From positions 12,653 through 76,652 of the forward strand of contig JBKKDM010000183.1 of assembly GCA_046707905.1 (NCBI GenBank): 64,000 nucleotides of DNA, given 5' to 3'. The notes beneath the pieces were generated by a model. That model had not been told where the DNA came from and searched no databases. It was given only the letters and a program-made list of their open reading frames with translations. The position numbers and the translations under genes were made by a program. The DNA is from Candidatus Limnocylindrales bacterium. Lineage in GTDB: Bacteria; Chloroflexota; Limnocylindria; Limnocylindrales; CSP1-4. This document shows, one piece after another, positions 27,947-37,245 of this stretch. The first letter of the stretch is position 1, and the number at the start of each line of letters is the position of its first letter.

Positions 27947-28399
27947 ATGCCTGACGACGCCAAGATCGATGATTTTCAGCGCGCCGCGGACCTGCGGCAG
28001 GCGTCCGACACGCTCATGGAGCGTCTCGACCGCCTCCACGAGCTCGAGAGCCGCAAGCGCGAGCTGGCGCCCGAGCGGCCGGAGTTCGTCCGCCTGGCCC
28101 GGGAGATCGAGGACCTCTCGCGAGCCCTGTTGTTCTCCAGCGGCGAGCAGGTCGAGCTGGCGGAGGCCATCCACGCCGACGTGAAGGCCGGCGATGCGGA
28201 AGCGAATCTGCCCATCCGCGAGACGCCACCGAAGCGTGATGCCGTAGCGGTGCTTGCCGAATGGCGGGCCGCCGAGCGGCGCCTCGCCGCGGCCGCCGCC
28301 GACTCTGAAGAGGAGCAGGCCGCCCGGTTGGAGGTGGAGCGCTACCGGCTCGAGTATCGCCAGATCACGGCCCCCGTCCCGCCTCAGCCGCAGTCGTAG
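27947..28399 (+). CDS. Hypothetical 150-aa helical/coiled-coil protein
   Basis: The ATG at 27947 is preceded by GGGAGGAG. Translation begins MPDDAKIDDFQRAADLRQASDTLMERLDRLHELESRKRELAPERPEF... The heptad-like charged pattern suggests coiled coil. No family recognised. Confidence 0.5.
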   Translation: MPDDAKIDDFQRAADLRQASDTLMERLDRLHELESRKRELAPERPEFVRLAREIEDLSRALLFSSGEQVELAEAIHADVKAGDAEANLPIRETPPKRDAVAVLAEWRAAERRLAAAAADSEEEQAARLEVERYRLEYRQITAPVPPQPQS

Positions 28400-28482
28400 C
28401 CGGAGGGTCCCAGCCCGGCGGGGAGGGCAATCGCCCAGGGACGAATCAGGCCGCGGCGCGCCTTCCCCGCTAGGCTCGCCGC

Positions 28483-29409
28483 ATGACGGAGACGAACGGC
28501 CGGCCCCTCCGAGTCGGCATCCAGCTGCCCGAGGTCGAGCGCGAGGTCCGCTGGCCCGAGTACGTTGCCATGGCGCGGGCCGCCGAGGACGCCGGCTTCG
28601 ACACGATCTGGCTCGGCGACCACCTGCTGTATCGCTATCCGGATGGATCGGCCCGCGGACCGTGGGAGGTCTGGACGCTCCTCGCCGCGATCGCCGCGAG
28701 CACGTCGCGGATCAAGCTCGGGCCGCTCGTTGCCGCGACCGCGTTCCATGCTCCCGCGATGCTCGCGAAGATGGCCGCCACCGTCGACGAGGTCTCGGGC
28801 GGGCGGCTGATCGTCGGCCTCGGGGCTGGCTGGAACGAGACCGAGTTCCGGGCCTTCGGCTTTCCGTTCGACCACACGGTGTCGCGGTTCGAGGAAGCCT
28901 TCACGATCATCCGGACCCTCCTCCGAGACGGCCGGATCGACTTCGACGGGCGCTACTTCCAGGCCCGAGACTGTGAGCTCCTTCCGCCCCCGGCGCGGCC
29001 GGGTGGGCCGCCCCTGATGGTCGGGAGCATCGGGCCGCGGATGCTGGAGATCACGCTCCCGCACGTGGAGCAGTGGAACGTCTGGTATCGCCAGTCCAAC
29101 AACTCGCCGGAGGGGCTCGAGCCGATCCTGCGGCAGGTCGACGAGGCCTGCCGGGCCGTCGGGCGCGATCCCTCGACCCTGGAGAAGACCAGCGCGGTGC
29201 TGGTCCGGATGCGGGGCGGGGAGGGCCGCCTCACGAAGTACGACGAGAACGAGGTCGCGCCGCTCGAGGGCTCGACTGCCGAGATCGCCGACGCCCTGCG
29301 AACCTACGCTGCCCTGGGGCTCGCCGAGGTCCAGCTTGTCGTGGATCCGATCACGATCGAGTCCATCGTGGTCCTCGCGCCCGTGCTGGCGGAACTCGAC
29401 AGGGGCTAG
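28483..29409 (+). CDS. Luciferase-like monooxygenase (LLM) class, probably an F420-dependent oxidoreductase
   Basis: 308-aa ORF. FDTIWLGDHLL, KLGPLVAATAFHAP, VSGGRLIVGLGAGWNETEF and DGRYF motifs characterise the LLM/F420 class. Confidence 0.85.
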   Translation: MTETNGRPLRVGIQLPEVEREVRWPEYVAMARAAEDAGFDTIWLGDHLLYRYPDGSARGPWEVWTLLAAIAASTSRIKLGPLVAATAFHAPAMLAKMAATVDEVSGGRLIVGLGAGWNETEFRAFGFPFDHTVSRFEEAFTIIRTLLRDGRIDFDGRYFQARDCELLPPPARPGGPPLMVGSIGPRMLEITLPHVEQWNVWYRQSNNSPEGLEPILRQVDEACRAVGRDPSTLEKTSAVLVRMRGGEGRLTKYDENEVAPLEGSTAEIADALRTYAALGLAEVQLVVDPITIESIVVLAPVLAELDRG

Positions 29410-29418
29410 CGTCGGACG

Positions 29419-29943
29419 GTGCTAGATTCGGTCGTCATGGCGGCGACGATGCGAAATTCGAATCCGGACGCGGTCGGGCGTCGGAATCGCCGCGGCGACG
29501 AGCTTTCGGACCTCGACAAGCGGATCATCGAGCACCTCCAGGAGGACGGCCGGCGGCCCTTCACCCAGATCGCCACGGCTCTGGGCGTCAGCGAAGCAGC
29601 GGTGCGGGCGCGCACCAATCGGCTCGTCGAGCGTGGCATCCTGCAGATCGTCGGCGTGGCCGACCCGGACAAGCTCGGCTTCCAGCAGGCCCTGATCGGG
29701 ATCCGCTGTCAGCCCGGCAAGCTCCTCGAGGTGGCGGAGGCTCTCGCGGAGATGCCCGAGGTCGACTACGTCGTTGTGACGGCGGGCAGATTCGATGTCC
29801 TCATCGAGACCGTCGTCGAGGACAACGAGGGTCTCCTGCACTTCCTCGCGGACCGCCTCCAGCGGATCGACGGGGTGCGAGATACCGAGACGTTCTCGTA
29901 CCTGCGCCTCGTCAAGCAGACCTATCAGTTCGGGACCCGCTGA
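29419..29943 (+). CDS. Lrp/AsnC-family transcriptional regulator
   Basis: LDKRIIEHLQEDGRRPFTQIATALGVSEAAVRARTNRLVERGIL HTH, followed by an RAM/ACT-like domain. The start could also be an internal ATG (29437 or 29449). Confidence 0.85.
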   Translation: MLDSVVMAATMRNSNPDAVGRRNRRGDELSDLDKRIIEHLQEDGRRPFTQIATALGVSEAAVRARTNRLVERGILQIVGVADPDKLGFQQALIGIRCQPGKLLEVAEALAEMPEVDYVVVTAGRFDVLIETVVEDNEGLLHFLADRLQRIDGVRDTETFSYLRLVKQTYQFGTR

Positions 29944-31253
29944 TGCCGTCGCTCTCAGATCTCGTCCTCCTGGCGATCGCGATCCTCGCGATCGCGGCGT
30001 TTGCGCTGCTCCTCGGCCCGACCTTCGTCTGGATCCGGCGGCGCTTCTTCGATCACGCGGAGAAGGACGTGCGCGCCGAGGCCGGCGGCGATTCGAAGGC
30101 CCTGGTCACCGAGTCCATGGCCCGGTCGGCGGTCATCCCCGTGGACGACCCCGAGTTCTCCCTCGGTGGCGACCGCAGCCAGCTGGCCGAGGATCCCACG
30201 CTGGAGGACCGGGTCATCCGGATCGTGAGCTGGGCGTTCCTCATGGCCGTGGCGGTCTTCGCGGCCGCCAGCGGCGTCTGGCCCGACGTCCTCGCCGGGA
30301 TCGTCATCCTCATCGCGGTCACCGGGCAGGCCCTGCTGATCATCCAGGACGTCCTTCCGAAGACGCCGCTGCGTCGAGCGCGCGGGGCCCTGCAGGGGGT
30401 CCTGGCCCTCGTCTTCGCCTCCAGCCTCGTGGCCCTGACGGGTGGCCTCGAGAGCCCCTTCACGTTCACCTTCCCGCTGATCGTCGGGGCCGGCGCGCTG
30501 CTGGTCGCACCCCGGATCGCGCTGGCCCTCGCCGTCCTTGCGACCGCCGCCTACCTCGCGGCCGGCCTCGTCGCGAACCCGAACCCCGAGATCCGCCCGC
30601 TCGTGACGATGGCGGTGAACCTGACCGGCGTGTACCTCCTCGCCTACATCGGCGCGTCGGTGGGCCGGGAGCAGCGCCGGACGCGCGACGCGGCGATCCG
30701 GCTGTCGACCGTCGATGCCCTCACGGGGCTGTACAACCGCTCTTACTTCTTTGCCGCCCTCGAGCGGGAGATCGCCCGCGGCGACCGCTCGGGTCGCGCG
30801 TTCTGCCTGGTGATGCTCGACCTCGACGACCTGAAGGCCGTCAACGATCGATACGGCCACATCGCCGGCGACCAGGTGCTCCGAAGCGTCGCCGACGTCG
30901 TTCGCAGCGGCGTTCGCAAGATCGATACCGCTGCCCGCTACGGCGGCGACGAGTTCGTCGCCCTCCTGCCCGAGACGGACCCGACCGGCGGCTGGGTGGT
31001 CGCGGAGAAGATCCGCCTGACCGTCGCGGAGCAGGGGAGCTTCGACCCGGGCCCGACCGTGTCCGTCGGCGTCGTCTCGTACCCAGCCGACGGGCGGTCC
31101 GCCGACGCGCTCCTGGTGAGCGCCGACCGGGCGATGTACGCCTCGAAGCGCGGGGGCAAGAACAAGGTCGCGCGGGGTACGGCCGAGCCGATGGCGATCA
31201 GCATCGCGCCGCTCGAGGCGCCGGCCAAGCGCGAGGGCGAGCGGGCGGGCTGA
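29943..31253 (+). CDS. Membrane-bound diguanylate cyclase (multi-TM N-terminus plus GGDEF domain with RxxD I-site)
   Basis: The ATG at 29943 shares its A with the Lrp TGA (TGATG). TM-rich N-terminus. DALTGLYNRSYF, RKIDTAARYGGDEFVALL (RxxD five residues before GGDEF) and AMYASKRGGKNKV. Confidence 0.85.
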   Translation: MPSLSDLVLLAIAILAIAAFALLLGPTFVWIRRRFFDHAEKDVRAEAGGDSKALVTESMARSAVIPVDDPEFSLGGDRSQLAEDPTLEDRVIRIVSWAFLMAVAVFAAASGVWPDVLAGIVILIAVTGQALLIIQDVLPKTPLRRARGALQGVLALVFASSLVALTGGLESPFTFTFPLIVGAGALLVAPRIALALAVLATAAYLAAGLVANPNPEIRPLVTMAVNLTGVYLLAYIGASVGREQRRTRDAAIRLSTVDALTGLYNRSYFFAALEREIARGDRSGRAFCLVMLDLDDLKAVNDRYGHIAGDQVLRSVADVVRSGVRKIDTAARYGGDEFVALLPETDPTGGWVVAEKIRLTVAEQGSFDPGPTVSVGVVSYPADGRSADALLVSADRAMYASKRGGKNKVARGTAEPMAISIAPLEAPAKREGERAG

Positions 31254-31319
31254 GACGCGTTCCCGTTGCACAACGGTGCTCGAGGGCGCGGCCGCGGCGC
31301 GGTGTAGGATCGCCGGGCG

Positions 31320-32540
31320 ATGACGAGCGAGAAGGGCTTCTCCACCCGGGCGATCCGGGCCGCCTCCAGGAACCCGCCCGTCCGCCAGCGACCGACCTCA
31401 GTCCCGATCTACCAGACGGCGACCTTCACGTCGGAGGACGCCGACCACCTCGGTGACGTCGTGGGCGATCCGTGGGCCGGCTACTCGTACACCCGGCTCG
31501 GCAACCCGACCACCCAGGCCCTCGGCGACGCGTACGCCGAGCTTGCCGGCGCCGAGGCCGGCTACGCATTCGCCTCGGGGATGGCCGCGATCCACGCCAC
31601 CTTCTCGTCGCTCCTCCGGGCCGGCGATCGCGTCGTCGCCTCCAAGGCGCTCTACGGCTCGACGCGGACCCAGCTGTCCGGAACGTTCGGGCGGTTCGGG
31701 GTGGAGGTCGAGTTCATCGACGTCATGGACGACGACGCTGTGGAGCGGGCGCTTGCCACGGCGCCCACGACGCTGCTGTACGCCGAGACCTCGGCCAACC
31801 CGACGACGTTCCTCGCCGATCACGAGGCGCTCGCGGCCATGGCCCACCGGGCCGGCGCGCTGTACGTCGCCGACAACACGTTCGCGTCGACGTACGTCTG
31901 CCAGCCCCTCGCCCTCGGGGCGGATCTCGTGCTGGAGTCGGCAACGAAGTTCCTCGGCGGCCACAGCGACATCACCGCCGGCGTCGTTGCGGGACCGCGC
32001 TCGCTGATGGACAAGGTCGCGCGGGCCCAGATCGACACCGGCGCGACCCTCGGGCCGTTCGAGGCGTTCCTGGCCCTCCGCGGGCTCCTGACCCTCGCCG
32101 TCCGCATGGATCGACACGCCTCGAACGCCGTGGCACTCGCGGCTTGGCTGGAGCGTCAGGCAGGCGTGCAGCGTGTCCTCTACCCGGGTCTTCCGAGCCA
32201 TCCCCAGCGGGCCGTCGCGGAGCGCCAGTACCGCAGCGGTAACGGCGGCGGGATGCTGGCCTTCGAGGTCGAAGGTGGGCGGGCCGCCGGCAAGGCGATC
32301 ATCGATGCCCTGGAGCTCCGCGAGCTGACGGCATCGCTGGGTAGCGTCCACACGATGGTCGTCCATCCCCCATCGACGTCGCAGCGCCAGCTGTCGGAGG
32401 CCGAGCTCCTGGAGAGCGGGATCGCACCGGGCCTTCTCCGCGTGAGCGTCGGGCTGGAGGACGTCACCGACCTCATCGAGGACTTCGAGCAGGCGCTCGC
32501 CGCGGCGCGGGCAGCCGCCGCCGTGCCGGCCGGGGTCTGA
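31320..32540 (+). CDS. Cys/Met-metabolism PLP-dependent enzyme (O-acyl-homoserine sulfhydrylase / cystathionine gamma-synthase / methionine gamma-lyase family)
   Basis: 406-aa ORF. YTRLGNPT, SATKFLGGHSDITAGVV (PLP-lysine motif) and LGSVHTMVVHPPSTSQ. The subfamily cannot be resolved by eye. Confidence 0.85.
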   Translation: MTSEKGFSTRAIRAASRNPPVRQRPTSVPIYQTATFTSEDADHLGDVVGDPWAGYSYTRLGNPTTQALGDAYAELAGAEAGYAFASGMAAIHATFSSLLRAGDRVVASKALYGSTRTQLSGTFGRFGVEVEFIDVMDDDAVERALATAPTTLLYAETSANPTTFLADHEALAAMAHRAGALYVADNTFASTYVCQPLALGADLVLESATKFLGGHSDITAGVVAGPRSLMDKVARAQIDTGATLGPFEAFLALRGLLTLAVRMDRHASNAVALAAWLERQAGVQRVLYPGLPSHPQRAVAERQYRSGNGGGMLAFEVEGGRAAGKAIIDALELRELTASLGSVHTMVVHPPSTSQRQLSEAELLESGIAPGLLRVSVGLEDVTDLIEDFEQALAAARAAAAVPAGV

Positions 32541-32553
32541 CCGGCACCGTTCC

Positions 32554-34044
32554 TTGGCGAGTCTGACCGTCGAGCGGCGCGCGCCGCAGGCCGCGAACCA
32601 CGAGCGCCGCGCCGGGCCCAGCCTGCTCGCGCGTGCCGGGATGCGGGTCTGGCGGCTCTTCACCTCGGTCAACTTCGCGGTCGTCCAGATCGTGGCGGTC
32701 GCTGTCCTCGCGGTCTTCGGAATGACGATCCGGCAGCTCCCGGGCTTTGCGTTCCGATCCGCCGGCGACTACGCCATCGAGATGGGCAGGCTTCGGACGA
32801 TCTACGAGCCGGTCTTCGGCGTGCCAGTCGTGGACTTCATGGAGCGGCTCCAGCTCTTCCACGTCTTCACCTCGACGCCGTTCACGGTCGCGCTGCTCGT
32901 CCTGGCCGTCTCGATCCTGCTGTGCACCCTCGACCGGACGCCTCGGTTATGGCAGCAGTCGGCTTCGATCCGGGTGGTCCAGCCCGAGGCCTATTTCGAC
33001 CCGCGACTGCCCGACCGCGTCTCGATCGCGCCGGGCGCCGGCCTTACGGCCGCCGCCGTGGCGACCGCCATGCGCCGGCACCGCTTCAGCGTCCGGCAGG
33101 AGACCGGCACGGACGGCCTCGCCTACGTCTACGGCGACCGGAACCGCTGGACGAAGCTTGCGACGCTCATCTCGCATCTCGGGCTCATCCTGTTCCTGGT
33201 TGCGGGCCTGGTGACCGCGCGGTTCGGCGACGAACAGGGCCTCGTCGTGGCCGAGGGCGACACCCTGACCGTCCAACCGATTGGCACGCCGGGGCTGCTG
33301 CTCGTGGAGAACCGGGGGTTCGAGGCGCCCGGCATCGAGACGGGCGTGCCCACCGACTTCACCACGGATCTCGCGGTCTTCCAGGACGGCCAGCTGCTCT
33401 CCCAGAAGGTGATCCGGGTCAACGACCCGCTGAACGCCGGGGGCTACACGTTCCATCAGAATGGATTCGGGCCCGCGCCGGACCTCCTCATCCGCTCGAC
33501 GACCGACGATTCGATCCTCTGGTCGGGCCCGGTGCCGCTCACCGACGTCGCGAATGGCCGCCCGGTCGGCGCGCTGCCCGTCCCCGGGAAGCGGTTCGGG
33601 TTGCAGCTGCTGCTCGACCAGAGCGCCGAGGGCATCGGCGCGCTCGTCGTCCTGCCGTACGCGCCTCGCCCCACCCCCAACCCGGATGGCACACCGGACA
33701 TGGTCTTCGGCGATCCGGTCTACGTGGTCCGCGGCGACGCCGTCGACATGGGCGGCCTCGACCTCTCGATCCAGATCCGGGGCTTCAGCGACTACACGCT
33801 GCTCATCGCCAAGCGCGACCCGGGCGCGCCGATCATCTGGCTGGCCTTCGCGACCCTCCTCCTCGGCCTTGCGATCACCTTCTACCTCCCGCGACGCCGG
33901 GTCTGGGCCCGAATCCGCGGCGATGGCCGCCTCGACCTCGTGGGCCGCTCCGACCGCCAGGTCGACTTCGATCGAGAGTTCGGCAGCCTCGTCGACGCGC
34001 TCGTCGGCGCGCGCGCCGCGGCCATACCGGCCGGCCGCGCGTGA
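32554..34044 (+). CDS. resB: Cytochrome c biogenesis protein ResB/Ccs1 (system II)
   Basis: 496-aa ORF. LFTSVNFAVVQIVAVAVLAVFGM, LFHVFTSTPFTVALLVLAVSILLCTLDR, a large extracytoplasmic loop and a C-terminal TM segment IIWLAFATLLLGLAITFY fit the ResB topology. An alternative start is the ATG at 32641. Confidence 0.8.
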   Translation: MASLTVERRAPQAANHERRAGPSLLARAGMRVWRLFTSVNFAVVQIVAVAVLAVFGMTIRQLPGFAFRSAGDYAIEMGRLRTIYEPVFGVPVVDFMERLQLFHVFTSTPFTVALLVLAVSILLCTLDRTPRLWQQSASIRVVQPEAYFDPRLPDRVSIAPGAGLTAAAVATAMRRHRFSVRQETGTDGLAYVYGDRNRWTKLATLISHLGLILFLVAGLVTARFGDEQGLVVAEGDTLTVQPIGTPGLLLVENRGFEAPGIETGVPTDFTTDLAVFQDGQLLSQKVIRVNDPLNAGGYTFHQNGFGPAPDLLIRSTTDDSILWSGPVPLTDVANGRPVGALPVPGKRFGLQLLLDQSAEGIGALVVLPYAPRPTPNPDGTPDMVFGDPVYVVRGDAVDMGGLDLSIQIRGFSDYTLLIAKRDPGAPIIWLAFATLLLGLAITFYLPRRRVWARIRGDGRLDLVGRSDRQVDFDREFGSLVDALVGARAAAIPAGRA

Positions 34045-34069
34045 CGCCAACCGGTCGGCGACCCACCCG

Positions 34070-35633
34070 ATGACCGACCTCGCCGCGCTGGCGGCGGAGC
34101 TGCTGCCGGGGGCCACCTGGATCGGCGACCGAGCCGCCGCGGGCGCGCGCCAGATCGCCTGGGTCCGCGTGCTCCGGGCCCGGGTGCCGGCGTTCGACGC
34201 GCTCGAGGCCGGTGACCTCGTCGTCACGCCGCCGTCGGCGCTGGCCGTGGTGGCGCCCGGTGCCTCGGAGCTCCGCGACCTCATCGCGGCCCTCGCCGCC
34301 GTGCCCGTCTCCGGTGTCCTCGTGCCGGAGGGAGCGAGCGCGGCCGGTGGCGACGCGACCGCGGGGGCTCCGGCGTCGCTGTCGGATGTCCTGCGCGCGG
34401 CCGGCCTGCCCGGCCTCCGCGTCGGCGCGGTTGACGCCGCGGGGCTCGAACGGAGCGTCGTGGGGTTCATCGTCGCCCGCGGCGCCGAGCTGGAGCGGCA
34501 GGCGGCCCTCCTCGAGGGCGAGCTGCGGCGTCGGGCGCTCGAGGGAGCCGGGGTCGCGGGCCTCGTCGCAACCGTCTCGGGCTTCCTTGGCCGAGCGCTC
34601 GTCCTTGAGGCACGTCGCGGCGACTCGATCGTCGTCCACGCGCCCCCGGAGGCCCCGGCCGCCGCGGCAGCCGCCGCCCGGTACCAGGCGACGGCCACGG
34701 GGCGAGGCTCCGGACGCAGTGGATCCGCGGCGGGCGCCGGTTCGCGCAGGCCACACGGAGGCCGGCGTCGCGTTGCGGATCCCGCTGCCCGGCGGCGCCG
34801 GCGGCGCCGATGCCGAGGTCCTCGTGCTGGGCGGCGAGCCGATCTCCGAGCTGGCACGTGTGGCCCTTCCCAGGGTCGCCGGTCTCCTGGCGCTGGAGCT
34901 CGCGCGGGACGAGGCGGTCCGCGGCGCCGTCGACCGGGCCCGACGCGCCGAGCCCATGCCTTCCGCGGGCCCGCCCTGGGTCCTCGTGCTGGCCCGGCAG
35001 CGCGAGCCCGGTTCCGAGGACGACGCCCCGGCGGCGGGCGAGGCTCGCGAGGCGGTCAGGCGGAAGCTCCGGCTCCTCGCGCCGGCGCGGCAGCTCAGCC
35101 TTCGCGGCGACGCCGACAGCCTCGAGATCCGCATGGTCGCCGCCGGGGCCATGTCCGACCGCGAGCGGCTCGTTGGCGCGATCGGTGCGGCGCTGGGCCG
35201 CCCGCTCGCCGTCTCCACCCCGTTTGACAGCCCCGTCGACCGACCCGCCGCAGAGGCCGAGGCCCGGGCGACCCTCGATGCCGCGCTGGCCCTCCCGGAG
35301 CCGCCCGCGCTGGCTCGCTCCGAGCGCCTGGCGGTCTACCGGATGCTGGGCGCGCTGCACAAGCTGCCCGACGGCCTGCCGCTGGCGCGGGCCGTGCTCG
35401 CGCCGGTGCTGGACGCCCGGCCGGACGTCCGTCGCGAGCGCCTCGCGACCCTGCGCGCCCTGCTCGCGTATGGCGGGGTCGGGGAGGCGGCCGCCGCGCT
35501 CGGCGTCCATCGCAACACCGTCGCCTACCGGGTCCGCTCGATCGAAGCGGCAACCGGCTGGCGGCTGGCTGACCCAGACCTCCGGCTTGCCCTCGCGGCG
35601 GCGGTCGAACTGGTGCAAGACGCCCAAGTCTGA
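34070..35633 (+). pseudogene. PucR/CdaR-family transcriptional regulator, reading frame broken by a 1-nt shift near 34700 (pseudogene, sequencing error or two-part gene)
   Basis: The N-terminal part (MTDLAALAAELLPGATWIG... to ...VVHAPPEAPAAAAAAARYQ) is in the frame of ORF 33461..35227. The C-terminal part (EAGVALRIPLPGG... to the HTH ALGVHRNTVAYRVRSIEAATGW) is in the frame of ORF 34212..35633. Third-position GC bias switches frame around 34698-34705, at a G run. Total length is 1564 nt, not a multiple of 3. Confidence 0.6.
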
Positions 35634-35796
35634 ACGCCTGAATCCCCGCCCGAGCGATGCCGGAGAGCAACCCGCCGGTGCTACGCTGCCTTCCCGAGAA
35701 CCCAGTCGAGCCGTGCTCGTGCGCCATGCACAAGCGGTTCGCCCGGACAACCCCGCGATCGGGCATGGATCCGTAGCGGGCCAGGAGGCAGCGTCG

Positions 35797-37149
35797 GTGG
35801 TAGCGCCCTACGAAGCAGTGTCGAGCGCGGAAGAGATCGAGGCCGCGAAGGCCAAGGGAATCCGGTTCATCCAGCTCCAGTTCACGGACATCATCGGCGT
35901 CGTCAAGGCGGTGACGATCCCGATCCACCAGCTGGAGGGCTCGGTCCGGCACGGGACGTGGTTCGACGGCTCGTCGGTCGAGGGCTTCACCCGGATCGCC
36001 GAGAGCGACCAGTACCTGATGCCTGACATGCGGACCTTCTCGGAGATCCCGTGGTCCAACGGCGCGGCGGCGCGCGTGATCTGCGACGTCTTCACGCCGC
36101 GGGGCGAGCCCTTCGCCGGCGATCCGCGCTACGTCCTGCGACGCCAAGTGGAGCGGGCCAAGAAGCTCGGCTACATCGTCAATATGGGCCCCGAGCTCGA
36201 GTTCTTCCTGTTCCGCCGGGGCGATGACGGGACGATCGAGCCGCTGCCGCACGATCAGGCCGGCTACTTCGACTTCAGCTCGGACCTCGGGACCTCGATC
36301 CGGCACGACATGGTCGATGCCCTCGAGTCCTTCGGGATCCGGGTCGAGGCGGCCCACCATGAGGTCGCGGCCGGCCAGCACGAGATCGACTTCGAGTACG
36401 CCGACGCGCTCCAGACGGCAGACAACGCGATCACCTTCAAGTTCACGCTCAAGGCGATCGCCCAGCAGCACGGCCTGTACGCGACGTTCATGCCCAAGCC
36501 GATCCACGGGATCAATGGCTCGGGGATGCACACCCACCAGAGCCTCTACTCGATCGACGACAAGCGAAACTCCTTCGCCGACGCGGAGTCGTCCTACGGC
36601 CTGTCGCCGCTCGCGAAGTCGTACGCGGCGGGCATCCTGAGCCACGCCCGCGGCATGATCGCCGTCCTCGCGCCGCTCGTGAACAGTTACAAGCGGCTGG
36701 TCCCGGGCTACGAGGCGCCGACCTACCTCACCTGGGGCCGGACCAATCGCTCGGCGCTCATCCGGGTGCCGATGGTCTCGCCTGGCAAGTCGATCGAGGG
36801 GACGCGCCTCGAGGTCCGCTGTCCCGACCCGGCCTCGAACACCTACCTGGCCTTCGCGGCGATGATCGCGGCCGGCCTCGACGGCGTCGAGAAGGGCCTG
36901 GAGCTCAGCGAGCCGGTCGAGGAGTCCCTCTTCGAGATGGACGCGACCACGATTGCGGCCAAGTCGATCAAGGAGCTCCCGGGCACGCTCGGCGAGGCGC
37001 TCGACGAGCTCGAGAAGGACGACGTGATCCGCGAGGCCCTCGGGGACCACGTTTTCAGCCACTTCGTCGACGCCAAGCGAGCCGAGTGGGACGAGTACCG
37101 GACCCAGGTCTCCGACTGGGAGGTCGAGCGCTACCTCGAGCAGTTCTAG
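35797..37149 (+). CDS. glnA: Glutamine synthetase, type I
   Basis: The GTG at 35797 has AGGAGG 8 nt upstream. FIQLQFTDIIGVVK, FDGSSVEGF, MGPELEFFLF, HHEVAAGQHEIDF, GSGMHTHQSL and SALIRVP are GS-I signatures. The ORF-table start at 34810 is an artefactual upstream extension. Confidence 0.92.
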   Translation: MVAPYEAVSSAEEIEAAKAKGIRFIQLQFTDIIGVVKAVTIPIHQLEGSVRHGTWFDGSSVEGFTRIAESDQYLMPDMRTFSEIPWSNGAAARVICDVFTPRGEPFAGDPRYVLRRQVERAKKLGYIVNMGPELEFFLFRRGDDGTIEPLPHDQAGYFDFSSDLGTSIRHDMVDALESFGIRVEAAHHEVAAGQHEIDFEYADALQTADNAITFKFTLKAIAQQHGLYATFMPKPIHGINGSGMHTHQSLYSIDDKRNSFADAESSYGLSPLAKSYAAGILSHARGMIAVLAPLVNSYKRLVPGYEAPTYLTWGRTNRSALIRVPMVSPGKSIEGTRLEVRCPDPASNTYLAFAAMIAAGLDGVEKGLELSEPVEESLFEMDATTIAAKSIKELPGTLGEALDELEKDDVIREALGDHVFSHFVDAKRAEWDEYRTQVSDWEVERYLEQF

Positions 37150-37192
37150 GCCAAACCAGGGGCTTCCACGCCCCTCCAGCAAGCCGGGGAAC

Positions 37193-37218
37193 GAGGCCCG
37201 CTCGCGAGAGCGGGCCTC
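37193..37218 (+). terminator. Stem-loop terminator candidate between convergent glnA and tetR-like genes
   Basis: gaggcccgctc-gcga-gagcgggcctc forms a perfect 11-bp stem with a 4-nt loop 44 nt after the glnA stop, followed by tgtcgtttc. It could act in both directions. Confidence 0.6.
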
Positions 37219-37245
37219 TGTCGTTTCGCCCCGGGCTTGTTCGGG

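Noticed and set aside
29073-29942. N-terminal 290 codons of ORF 29073..31253 preceding the GGDEF protein
   Set aside because: This part overlaps the LLM oxidoreductase and Lrp genes out of frame. The TM-rich cyclase begins naturally at the ATG at 29943.
31254-31319. SAM or other riboswitch upstream of the Cys/Met PLP enzyme
   Set aside because: The spacer is only 66 nt and contains just one short hairpin (ccgtt-gcac-aacgg). That is too short for SAM-I or SAM-IV class folds.
34810-35796. Long N-terminal extension of glnA in the ORF table (779 aa)
   Set aside because: The extension overlaps the PucR gene in another frame and is low-complexity. The GS-I homology begins at GTG 35797, which has an AGGAGG site.
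35634-35796. Possible GlnR-type box or glutamine riboswitch upstream of glnA (for example gttcgcccggacaac)
   Set aside because: It has only a weak resemblance to the gTnAc-n6-GaAAc pattern, with no second half-site pair. The glnA RNA motif is not expected in this context. There is not enough evidence to call it.
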